This document shows, piece by piece, positions 1 through 8,450 of a stretch of DNA of 64,000 nucleotides. The notes under the pieces were generated by a model. It searched no databases. It was not told the origin of the DNA and saw nothing but the letters and a program-made list of their open reading frames with translations. Position numbers and translations under genes: made by a program. Origin of the DNA: Alphaproteobacteria bacterium (lineage in GTDB: Bacteria > Pseudomonadota > Alphaproteobacteria > UBA828); contig CAXXMU010000002.1 of assembly GCA_963667785.2 (NCBI GenBank), positions 640,001 through 704,000 of the forward strand, read 5' to 3'. Each line of letters opens with the position of its first letter. The stretch's first letter is position 1.

Positions 1-993
1 GACTCCACCGCTCTCATGGGCGACGGCCCGGCGCTCGCCGCGCGGCTCCGGCGCGACGGCTATCTCTTCCTGCGCGGGCTGCTGCCGGGCGCGGCCGTGC
101 TGGAGGTGCGCCGGCGCCTGCTGGAGAAGGCGGCGGCCGGCGGCTGGCTCGACCCGGCGCATCCGCCGGAGGCGGGCATCGCCAACCCCGCCGCCGCCTG
201 CAAGGACCCCGAGGAACGCTACATGGCGGTGTTCCGCGGCATCTGGGCCGACGAGGCGCTGCACCGGCTGAGGACGCACCCGGCCGTGCTGGCGCTCTTC
301 GAGCGGATGTTCGGCGAGCCCGCGCTGGCGCATCCGATGTTCGTCCAGCGCAACATCTTCCCCCAGAGCGAGAGCTTCGACTTCACCACCGGCGCGCATC
401 AGGACAAGGTCCATATCGGCGGCGCGACCAGCCACGCGCTGTGGGTGCCGCTCGGCGACTGCCCGAGGGAGAAGGGGGCGCTGGCGGTGGCGGCCGGCTC
501 GCACCACGCGGGCGTGCTGGAGACCAGGGTCGGCGGCGGCGCCGGCGGCATGGACATCAGCGTGCCGATCCCCGGCGAATGGGTGAGCGGCGCCTTCGCG
601 GCGGGCGATGCGCTGATCTTCTCGGACACCACGGTGCATCGCGCGCTGCCCAACCGCTCGCCCGAGATCAGGCTCTCTTTCGATGCCCGCTACCAGCCGG
701 CGAGCCAGCCCGTCGCCGAGACCAACATGCGCCCCTATTCAGGCTGCGGCACCTGGGAGGAGGTCTATGCCGGCTGGTCCTCGGACGACCAGCAGTATTA
801 CTGGAAGGCGCTGTCGCCCGTCGTCGTGCCCCTCGACCGCAGCCACTACGAGCGCCGCGACCGGATGGCCTTCGCCATGGCCGAGAGCGGCGACGCCACG
901 GCGCGCGATGCGCTGCTGCGCATCGCACAACGCGACCCGGACGAGGCAAAACGCCGGCGCGCGGAAGGCCTGCTGCGCGGCCTCGGCGCCTGA
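1..993 (+). CDS. Phytanoyl-CoA dioxygenase (PhyH) family Fe(II)/2-oxoglutarate dioxygenase, probably 5'-truncated by the window edge
   Basis: Frame is open from base 1; 'DGYLFLRGLL' N-terminal motif, HQD iron motif, distal H in 'VHRALPN', 'RLSFDARY'. Confidence 0.85.
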   Translation, partial: DSTALMGDGPALAARLRRDGYLFLRGLLPGAAVLEVRRRLLEKAAAGGWLDPAHPPEAGIANPAAACKDPEERYMAVFRGIWADEALHRLRTHPAVLALFERMFGEPALAHPMFVQRNIFPQSESFDFTTGAHQDKVHIGGATSHALWVPLGDCPREKGALAVAAGSHHAGVLETRVGGGAGGMDISVPIPGEWVSGAFAAGDALIFSDTTVHRALPNRSPEIRLSFDARYQPASQPVAETNMRPYSGCGTWEEVYAGWSSDDQQYYWKALSPVVVPLDRSHYERRDRMAFAMAESGDATARDALLRIAQRDPDEAKRRRAEGLLRGLGA

Positions 994-1000
994 GCGAACG

Positions 1001-1108
1001 CCCCTCCTCACCCCGGCCCTCTCCGCCCCCAGGGGCGGAGAGGGAGAGCAGCCGGCGCCGCCTGCGTTCCCCCTCCGCCTTTGGGGGAGGGGGACAGGGG
1101 GAGGTGGG
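1001..1108. repeat. Palindromic interspersed repeat (CCCTCTCC..GGAGAGGG type), two-hairpin form
   Basis: Reverse complement aligns over ~108 bp with 43749-43858; lies between convergent genes; a half copy is at ~1441-1480. Confidence 0.8.
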
Positions 1109-1192
1109 AGTCGTTCAAGCCGTGGTGGTCTCGGTTGGTCGGATAATGCTCTAGCCATGACGCGACGGGGGCCGAACACCGCTCCCTCACGT

Positions 1193-1390
1193 GGCGACCG
1201 GAAGTGGGATTCGCCAGAGGGGGGCATGCGGGATTTCGCGGGATAGCGAGGGATTCCGGCGGGACAGGCGGCCTCCATATCCCACTTCGCCACCGCCCCC
1301 TGCCGTGCTCCGCCCCTTCCCGCTCGTCTGCGCTCTCGCCCGTCATGCCCCGACCCTCGCACGGCACGCGCACGAGCGGCACCGCACCAT
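1193..1390 (+). repeat. ~200-bp non-coding repeat, copy 1 (inverted copy at 38453-38664)
   Basis: Near-identical core to the reverse complement of 38453-38664; internal inverted repeat gaagtgggat (1201-1210)/atcccacttc (1279-1288). Confidence 0.85.
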
Positions 1391-1516
1391 GGTCCGGAGA
1401 CTCTCGCGCAGCGCAAGGCAGCGCGGCTCGGCGCTGCCGCCTCTTTCCCCCTCCTCCTGGGAGGAGGGGGCAGGGGTGGGAATGGTTCGGACCGCCGAAG
1501 GGGCGGCCCGGCGGGC

Positions 1517-3514
1517 CTACTCGGCGGCCTGGTCGAGCTCGGCGATGGCGTCGTTCCAGTGCGCGGCCGAGCGCTTCTTCATCATGGTGCGGAACTCGGC
1601 GGTGGTCTTGGGGAAGTACTCGCCGGTGCCCCAGTCCACGATGACGCCATAGCGGCGCACCATGTCGAACTCGTCGAGCTCGCCCTTGCGGTAGCGCTCG
1701 GCGACGGCGGCGCCGTCCTCCTCCAGCCAGCCGCGGCGAGCCTTGGCGATGGCCGCGCGCTCGGCGCGGGTCGCCTCGACGTCCACCTCGTAGCTCGCGA
1801 GGTCGGCGTCAATCACCGTGAGCACGACGCCATAGTCCTTGCGCGCGCGCGCTAGCGAGACGTAGTCGTCCTCGACGTCCCGCATCACCAGCGCCGGGTC
1901 GCGCTCGAGCGGATCGCCGAGCCCGCCGCCGCCGGCCGTCGGGCGCGAGAAGATGTCGCCGGATGCGATGGGCACGTCGGAGAAGATCGAGCCCAGCCAC
2001 TCGCGCTCGTTCTTGCCCTTGCGCTGGATGTAGAGCCCGTGGGGCATCGACGGCAGCCCGCCCTTGATGCCCCAGACGATGGCCCGCTCGCGGTCGCAGA
2101 TGTAGGAGATGACCGTGCTCTCGGCATCCTGAAGGGTGCTGGTCTTGACCACGCCCGCGCCGCCCCGCCACTTGCCGGGGCCGGGGGAATCGGTGTTGAT
2201 CTGGTACTCGTTGGCGATGATCGGGCAGAGCCGTTCCTGCCCCTCCACCGGCTGGGTCATCAGGCCAGTGCCGAAGCAGGCGGTGGTGACGTTGCAGCCG
2301 TCCTTGCCGTTGCGCCCGCCCCAGCCGCCGGGCAGCCAGTCGTAGAACATGAAGATGTTGCGGTCCTCGGTGCGGAGGTCGCGGCCGCCGGTGAGCAGGT
2401 ACTCGAGGTTGAAGGCGCATGCGATGGCGCGCTCGGGCATGATGTCGGACCAGATCTCGTAGATCGAGTTCATGATCTTCTCGAACGGCATCAGGAAGCC
2501 CGTCACCGCGACCGGCCACTGGGCGTCCACGATGGAGTTCTCGGGCGCGATCACGTTGATCGGCCGGTAGAAGCCCGAGTTCAGCGGCAGGTCGGGGAAG
2601 TAGGTCTTCATGCCCGCGACCACGGCCGAGAAGGTGCCGCCGAAGGCGGAGTTGTAGAGGGTGCTGATGGTGTCGTGGCTGCCGGTGAAGTCGTAGGTGA
2701 CCTCGTCGCCCTCGATGGTGAGCTTCACCTTGATCGGGATCAGCCCCTCGCCGAGCGCGGGGTCGCGGTCGATGTAGTCGACGTTCTCCCAGGTGCCGTC
2801 AGGCAGCTCGGCGATGCGCTGGCGCGTCGCCAGCTCGACATAGTCCTGCACCTCCTGGGTGCCGGTGACGACGGTGTCCTTACCGTACTTGTCGACCAGC
2901 CTGAGGATCTCGCGCTCGGCGACGCGGGTGGCCTCGGCCTGGGCGTTCATGTCACCGATGATGGATTCCGGATCGCGCGTGTTGGCGGCGATCATGTCGG
3001 CGAAGTCCTTGCGCCACTTGCCCTCGTCGATCAGCCGCGTCGGCGTGATGCGGATGCCCTCGCGGAACATCTCCTTGGCGAGCACGTCGAAGGAGCCGGG
3101 CGTGCTGCCGCCCACGTCCGACCAGTGGCCGTTGGACTGGGCGAAGGCGATGATCTCGTCGCCCACGAACACCGGCCGGATGATGCGCACGTCGTTGAAG
3201 TGCGTGCCGCCGGCGTAGGGGTCGTTGGTCATGAACACGTCGCCCGGCCGCATGTCGTCCTTGAAGGTCTCGATGACCGCCTTGCAGGTGTAGTGGAGCG
3301 TGCCGACGTGGACGGCGATGTCCATGTTGCCCTGGGCGATGGAATCGCCGTTGGCGTCGTTGAGCGCGGACGAGAAGTCGCGGTTGTAGATGACGAAGGA
3401 ATAGCAGGTCCTGAGGATCTGCTCCGCCATCTGGTCGACGGTCGTGATGAACGAGTTCTTCAGAACCTCGAAGGTTACCGGATCGAGCGTGATGCCAGCG
3501 CCTTGCTTGCTCAT
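1517..3514 (-). CDS. Hydantoinase B/5-oxoprolinase family subunit
   Basis: 'LDPVTFEVL', 'RDFSSAL', 'NDPYAGGTHFND', 'GKWRGG', 'GGGGLGDPLERD'; ATGA overlap with the A subunit stop places the start at 3514. Confidence 0.92.
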   Translation of the reverse strand: MSKQGAGITLDPVTFEVLKNSFITTVDQMAEQILRTCYSFVIYNRDFSSALNDANGDSIAQGNMDIAVHVGTLHYTCKAVIETFKDDMRPGDVFMTNDPYAGGTHFNDVRIIRPVFVGDEIIAFAQSNGHWSDVGGSTPGSFDVLAKEMFREGIRITPTRLIDEGKWRKDFADMIAANTRDPESIIGDMNAQAEATRVAEREILRLVDKYGKDTVVTGTQEVQDYVELATRQRIAELPDGTWENVDYIDRDPALGEGLIPIKVKLTIEGDEVTYDFTGSHDTISTLYNSAFGGTFSAVVAGMKTYFPDLPLNSGFYRPINVIAPENSIVDAQWPVAVTGFLMPFEKIMNSIYEIWSDIMPERAIACAFNLEYLLTGGRDLRTEDRNIFMFYDWLPGGWGGRNGKDGCNVTTACFGTGLMTQPVEGQERLCPIIANEYQINTDSPGPGKWRGGAGVVKTSTLQDAESTVISYICDRERAIVWGIKGGLPSMPHGLYIQRKGKNEREWLGSIFSDVPIASGDIFSRPTAGGGGLGDPLERDPALVMRDVEDDYVSLARARKDYGVVLTVIDADLASYEVDVEATRAERAAIAKARRGWLEEDGAAVAERYRKGELDEFDMVRRYGVIVDWGTGEYFPKTTAEFRTMMKKRSAAHWNDAIAELDQAAE

Positions 3515-5553
3515 GAGCTTGCCTCCGCAACGTGGATCCGGACGTTGAGCCACTCGTCCACTTCCGCGCGTACGCCGGGCGGGATGACCGTGGTCGAATC
3601 GAGTTGCTCGATAATCGCCGGCCCCTCGATCACCGCGCCCGCAGGCAGCGCGTCGTGGGAGTATATCGGTGTCTCCACCGCCCCCTCAACCTCGTCGAAG
3701 TCGACCATGCGGGCGCCCTCGGCCTCGGCCTTGGCGCCGTTCGTGGCGTGGCGCATCAACTCGGCCTTCGCCACCGTGCCGATGGCGGTGAGGCTGAGCC
3801 GGAACAGCTCGACCGGCGTGTCGTCCCGGCGGAAGGCGTATTCCCGGTCATGGTCGGCGTGGAAGGCGTTGACGGCGTCGGGCACCGAGGTGAAGGGCGA
3901 GGCCACCGGCACCTGCAGCGAGCGCCACTGGCCCTGGTACATCATGTCGATGCTGCGCTGCAGCACCATGTCTGCCTCTGCCACGCCCTCCTTCACCAGG
4001 CGGCCGTGCGCCTCCGCCTCCATCTCGCCGAAGCGGGCCTCGATGTCGGCCGGGTCGGCCTCTGCCGCGAGCGCCAGGTAGGTCTGCGAGAGGTCGTGGC
4101 GGATATCGACGAGCAGGCAGCCGAGCGCCGACGTCACGCCCGGATTGGGCGGCACGATCACCGTCGGGATGGAGAGCTCCCTCGCCAGCGCCACACCGTG
4201 CAGCGCGCCCGCGCCGCCGAAGGCGACCAGCGCGAAGTCGCGCGGATCGTAGCCCCGGCTGATGGAGATCAGCCGCACCGCATCCGCCATGTTGGCGTTG
4301 GCGACGCTGACGATCGCCTTGGCGGCGGTCACCGGGTCCATCCCCAGCGGCTCGGCGACGCCGGTGCGGACGGCGGCCTCCGAGGCCGCCTTGTCGAGCT
4401 CGATCTGGCCGCCGGCGAGCGAGGTGCCGAGCCGGCCGAGCGCAAGGTTGGCGTCGGTGTTGGTGGGGGTCGTGTTGCCGCGGCCATAGCAGGCCGGCCC
4501 CGGGTCGGCACCCGCCGACTGCGGCCCGTTGTGGAGCGAGCCGGCGTCGTCGATCCAGGCGAGCGAGCCGCCACCCGCCCCGATGGTCAGCACCTCGATG
4601 CTGGGGAAGCGGATCGGGTAGCCGAACTCGATGTGCCAGTCCTTGGTGACGCGGGATTCGCCGCCGAACACCAGCGACACGTCGCAGCTCGTGCCTCCCA
4701 TGTCGAGGCCGATGGAGTTCTCGTAGCCGCAGAGCATGGCGATGTGGCGGCTGGCGATCGCGCCGGCGGCGATGCCGGAGCCGGCGAGGCGGCCGGCGAA
4801 CTGCCCGGCGGTCGCGGGCGTCATCACCCCGCCGCCGGAATGGAGCATCAGCAGGTCGCTGGCGTAGCCGCCCTTCTGCAGCGCCTCGTTCATGCGGCTG
4901 ACGTAGCCGCCCACGACGGGGCTCAGGATCGCGTTCACCACCGTCGTGGAGAAGCGCTCGTGCTCGAAGATCTCCGGCAGGGTCTCGGAGGAGGTGGTGA
5001 TCTCCACGCCCGGCAGCTCCTCCTGAAGGATCTCCTTCATGCGGGCCTCGTGGACCGGGTTGATGAAGGAGTTCATGAAGCAGACGGCGACGGCCTCGAC
5101 GCCCCGCTTGCGCAGGATGCGGGCCTTCTCGCGCGCGTCCGCCTCGTCGAGCGGGGTGGCGATACGGCCGCCGTGGTCGATGCGCTCGCGCACGGTGAGC
5201 CGGTCGCGGCGGCGGATGTAGGGCTGGGCCACGTCCTTGTAGGTGTCCCAGAGGTCCTCCTTGTTGGCGCGCCTGATCTCGATGACGTCGCGATAGCCTT
5301 CGCTGCAGACCATCGCCGACGACGGCAGCCGGCGGGTGATGAGCGCGTTGGTGGCGACCGTCGTGCCGTGGGAGAAGAGCGTCACGTCCCGCAGGTCGAT
5401 CTCCGCCTCCTCCAGCCCCCGCATGGCGCCGATCAGGGGGTCCTCGGGCGTCGAAGCGGTCTTCGCGACCCTGAGCGCGCCGGAGTCCTCGTCGAGCACG
5501 CAGATGTCGGTGAACGTGCCGCCGATATCGACGGCCACCCTGAGCTTCGTCAC
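3511..5553 (-). CDS. Hydantoinase A/5-oxoprolinase family ATP-binding subunit
   Basis: 'DIGGTFTD', 'HGTTVATNAL', 'DMGGTSCD', 'GAGGGS', 'SAGADPGPACYG', 'AFGGAGALH'. Confidence 0.93.
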   Translation of the reverse strand: MTKLRVAVDIGGTFTDICVLDEDSGALRVAKTASTPEDPLIGAMRGLEEAEIDLRDVTLFSHGTTVATNALITRRLPSSAMVCSEGYRDVIEIRRANKEDLWDTYKDVAQPYIRRRDRLTVRERIDHGGRIATPLDEADAREKARILRKRGVEAVAVCFMNSFINPVHEARMKEILQEELPGVEITTSSETLPEIFEHERFSTTVVNAILSPVVGGYVSRMNEALQKGGYASDLLMLHSGGGVMTPATAGQFAGRLAGSGIAAGAIASRHIAMLCGYENSIGLDMGGTSCDVSLVFGGESRVTKDWHIEFGYPIRFPSIEVLTIGAGGGSLAWIDDAGSLHNGPQSAGADPGPACYGRGNTTPTNTDANLALGRLGTSLAGGQIELDKAASEAAVRTGVAEPLGMDPVTAAKAIVSVANANMADAVRLISISRGYDPRDFALVAFGGAGALHGVALARELSIPTVIVPPNPGVTSALGCLLVDIRHDLSQTYLALAAEADPADIEARFGEMEAEAHGRLVKEGVAEADMVLQRSIDMMYQGQWRSLQVPVASPFTSVPDAVNAFHADHDREYAFRRDDTPVELFRLSLTAIGTVAKAELMRHATNGAKAEAEGARMVDFDEVEGAVETPIYSHDALPAGAVIEGPAIIEQLDSTTVIPPGVRAEVDEWLNVRIHVAEASS

Positions 5554-5635
5554 TGATTCCTCCCCCCGCTCTGATCCCTGTCGCCGCCGCCGCGACGGCG
5601 GCGCTGCAGTCTTCTCGTCTGCCCTTCCGCCGGCC

Positions 5636-6364
5636 TCATCCCGCGGCCGATGCCCTGCTGCGGCCGGCGTCGAGGTCCGGCGGCAGGATCGTCCTCTCGT
5701 CCACGGTCGCCTCGGAAAGCTGCGCCTGCGTCAGGTTTCGGACCTCGCCGAGGTCGGCGCCGGAGAGATCGGCGTCGGCGAGCGTCACGCCGCCGAAATA
5801 GGCGCTCCTGAGCGATGCGTCGCGAAAGCTCGTGCCGGGGAACTCGGCGCCCACCAGCATCGCGCCCTCCAGGTTCGCCCGCTCGAAGCTGGCGCGGCCG
5901 ACCCAGGCGCCGTGCAGGTCGGCGCGGGTGAGCGTCGCGTGCTCCAGGTGCGCGCGGCCGAGCCAGGCGCGCTGCAGGCTGGCCTCGACCAGCGAGGCGT
6001 GCTCCATGCGCGCATCGCCGAGCGCGGCGTCGGAAAGGTCGGCCCGGTCCAGCACTGCGCCCTGGAGCGTCGAGCCCGCGAGGTCGGCGCGGTTCAGGTT
6101 GGCGCCGCTGAGGTCGGCTTCCGAGAGATCGGCGCCGGCGAAGTCGGCGCGGAAGAGGGTGGCGTCGGCGAAGAGCGCGCGGCGCAGGTCGGCGCCGGGG
6201 AAGCGCACGTCAGACAGCGCCATCCCCGAGAAATTCGCCCGCGCGCCGTCCTCGCCGTCGCTCGCCAGCCAGCGCGCGTGATCGGCGCGCATCCGGGCGA
6301 TCGCGTCCGCATCGGGCGTCGGGTCCGTCGCCGCGCCTTCCGGCGGCATCAGCATATGGCGCAC
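5636..6364 (-). CDS. Pentapeptide repeat protein
   Basis: Tandem A(D/N)LxX repeats (ADLSE ADLSG ANLNR ADLAG); true start may be the ATG at 6355. Confidence 0.9.
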   Translation of the reverse strand: MRHMLMPPEGAATDPTPDADAIARMRADHARWLASDGEDGARANFSGMALSDVRFPGADLRRALFADATLFRADFAGADLSEADLSGANLNRADLAGSTLQGAVLDRADLSDAALGDARMEHASLVEASLQRAWLGRAHLEHATLTRADLHGAWVGRASFERANLEGAMLVGAEFPGTSFRDASLRSAYFGGVTLADADLSGADLGEVRNLTQAQLSEATVDERTILPPDLDAGRSRASAAG

Positions 6365-6557
6365 ACTCCCTCGCCCCGCGCAGCCGCCCCCGGCGCCGCG
6401 CAGGCCTCTCTCGCCGAATTGCGGCTATCCAATAGCGGCAGAGGGCGCTTCGATCAATGGTGGAGGGGGCGAGGACAGCCGCTCTCCGCCGGCATCGGGA
6501 CCGGAGGCCGGCGGCGGCGGCCGCATGTAGATGCGGACGTCGAAGCGACGTCGGCGC

Positions 6558-7043
6558 CTATTCCGGGAGCTCGGATTCGAGCCTGGTACCCAGGCGTTCG
6601 AACATCTGGTTGAGCAGGGGCCCGGCGTCGGCGGCGAAGGACTGCATGAGAAGATTCGATTTCAGCATGACGCTTGCCCCGAGTTCCGTGTTCAGGAAGT
6701 CGTTGAATGCCTGGATCTCTTCCAGCGTCAACGTCTCGCTCACGGCTGTCGTCAGGAGACCCTCGAGTTGCGGACGCATCCGCTGGAGTTCCTCCTGGAT
6801 GATCCGGGTCAGCGCTTCCGCCTGATCGTCCCGCAGTTGCGTGCCCTGCATCTGCAACTGCAATTCGATGAAAGACCGCAGCATGTCGACGGAAATTGCA
6901 TCGTCCACCACACGCTGCGTGACTGGGTGTCCGACATAGCTCTTTGCGGCGGCCTTGAGCGCCGCATCGTCATCGGCGAGGGCAGAGCTCGCGACAACCA
7001 CCAGAAGTGCTGAGCCGGCAATCGCAGCAATTATTCTGGTCAT
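6558..7043 (-). CDS. Exported DUF2059-like protein
   Basis: GGAGGAG RBS before ATG 7043; signal peptide ending SALA; 'LTLEEIQAFNDFLNTELG' resembles the DUF2059 core; visibly lower GC than neighbours. Confidence 0.65.
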   Translation of the reverse strand: MTRIIAAIAGSALLVVVASSALADDDAALKAAAKSYVGHPVTQRVVDDAISVDMLRSFIELQLQMQGTQLRDDQAEALTRIIQEELQRMRPQLEGLLTTAVSETLTLEEIQAFNDFLNTELGASVMLKSNLLMQSFAADAGPLLNQMFERLGTRLESELPE

Positions 7044-7121
7044 GGGACTCCTCCTTCGTGCTTCGCCGGCCCGAGCGGGTGAGTGTTCCAACCGGGCCGG
7101 TCCACGCCAAGGCAGGGCGCG

Positions 7122-8285
7122 TCAGTCTACATTGGACGCACAGGCGGAGCCCGATCTTGGAACCAGCACCCGCCCCTCCATCAGGCGACGTGCGGTGCGG
7201 GTGACGGTGAGGCGGGCGAGGCGGGGCGGATCGGCGGCGGCGAGTTCGACCCCGACCGCCGCCCGGCCCGAGGGATGGCCGAGGCGGACGGGGGCATCGG
7301 CCGCCGCGCCGGGGTCGGCCGGCCGGGCCGCCTCGACGGCGAGGGTTCCGGGGATGCGCGCGGCTGCCGCCAGCGCCAGCGCCGCGGTGAGAGGCAGCGC
7401 CCGGTGCGCGCGGCCCATGGAGATGACGCGGGCGGAGAGATCGACCGCATCCGCCGCAAGCCGCGCGCCGCTCAGCGTCTCCGCGTCGGCGGGCGGGGCG
7501 ACGAAGCCCACCTTGGGCACGCTCGCGGTCTCCGGCGCGAGGCCCATGGCCGCCGCGGCGGCGCGGCGGATCCCCTCCAGCCGCGCACCCAGCGCGGCGT
7601 CGCCCTCGATCGCCGCCGGCGGCTCGATACCCGCGAGGCCCAGGTCGGCCGCGCGGACGACGACCACGGCAGTCGCCGCGTCGATCAGCGTCGCCTCGAT
7701 GGCGCCCGTGCCCGGCACCTCGAGGGCGTCCCGGGCGCGGCCGGTCGGCAGCAGGCGGCCGGTGACGGCGCCGCCCGGCTCCAGGAAGGAGAGGGCGATG
7801 GGCGCGCCCCGGCCGGCGACGCCGTCGAGCACGGTCTCGCCCGCCACCGCCGCGCGGCCTCCCGCTACCGGGAAGCGCGCTTCGATGCGCTGGTCCAGGT
7901 TCTCGTTGTGGAGGGTGAGTACCGCCTCGCCGTCCGCCGCCTGCACCAGCCCCTCGTCCACCGCGAAGTGGCCCACGGCGGCGGTGAGGTTGCCGCAGTT
8001 GCTGCGGTAGTCCACCAGCGCCTGCCCGACCGCTACCTGGCCGAAGAGGTAGTCCACGTCCACGCCCGGCCGCGCGCTCGGGCTCACTACCACGACCTTG
8101 CTGAGCGACGAGATGCCGCCGCCCATGCCGTCGAGCTGGCGGCCGTGCGGGTCGGGGCTGCCGAGGGCGGCGAGGAAGAGCGCGTCCCATTCGGCGCGCT
8201 CGGCCGGGAGGTCGCGGCGGTGGAAGAAGAGGCCCTTGCTGGTGCCGCCCCGCATGAAGACGGCGGGCAGCGCGATCTGGCTCAC
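7122..8285 (-). CDS. prpF: PrpF family isomerase (methylaconitate/aconitate isomerase-like)
   Basis: 'FMRGGTSKG', 'QLDGMGGGISSLSK', 'NCGNL', 'GHPSG', 'RTARRLMEG'. Confidence 0.88.
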   Translation of the reverse strand: MSQIALPAVFMRGGTSKGLFFHRRDLPAERAEWDALFLAALGSPDPHGRQLDGMGGGISSLSKVVVVSPSARPGVDVDYLFGQVAVGQALVDYRSNCGNLTAAVGHFAVDEGLVQAADGEAVLTLHNENLDQRIEARFPVAGGRAAVAGETVLDGVAGRGAPIALSFLEPGGAVTGRLLPTGRARDALEVPGTGAIEATLIDAATAVVVVRAADLGLAGIEPPAAIEGDAALGARLEGIRRAAAAAMGLAPETASVPKVGFVAPPADAETLSGARLAADAVDLSARVISMGRAHRALPLTAALALAAAARIPGTLAVEAARPADPGAAADAPVRLGHPSGRAAVGVELAAADPPRLARLTVTRTARRLMEGRVLVPRSGSACASNVD

Positions 8286-8304
8286 CGCGATCCCGCCCGC
8301 CAGA

Positions 8305-8342
8305 GCGTATTCGTCTTTGACGGATACGCGACAGGCCGCGAC
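8305..8342. repeat. 38-bp hairpin repeat, copy 1
   Basis: gcgtattcgtc-ttt-gacggatacgc-gacaggccgcgac; one mismatch to 32442-32479. Confidence 0.75.
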
Positions 8343-8413
8343 CGCGGCCCGCCGCTCATGCGGCGCGCCCGCGCAGGTGCCGGCTGAAAGCCGGCTGCCG
8401 TGAGCGACGAGGA

Positions 8414-8450
8414 GCTAGAGTGCTTCCGTGTGACACGGATGCACTCTAGC
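8414..8450. repeat. CTAG-bounded palindrome (possible terminator or small insertion element)
   Basis: gctagagtgcttccgtgtgacacggatgcactctagc is a near-perfect inverted repeat and contains the TAG stop of the flavoprotein gene (8446-8448). Confidence 0.65.

Noticed and set aside
1001-1480. Possible CRISPR array or Arg/Pro-rich small ORFs in the repeat-rich intergenic region
   Set aside because: No regularly spaced identical repeats with unique spacers and no cas genes; the ORFs are translations of palindromic repeats
2039-5556. Long antisense ORFs (also 9963-12353, 16921-19380, 32550-34757, 52245-54953, 56711-59275)
   Set aside because: Shadow frames of GC-rich genes with no recognisable motifs
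5636-6364. Qnr/MfpA-type quinolone resistance protein
   Set aside because: Generic pentapeptide repeats alone do not support that function
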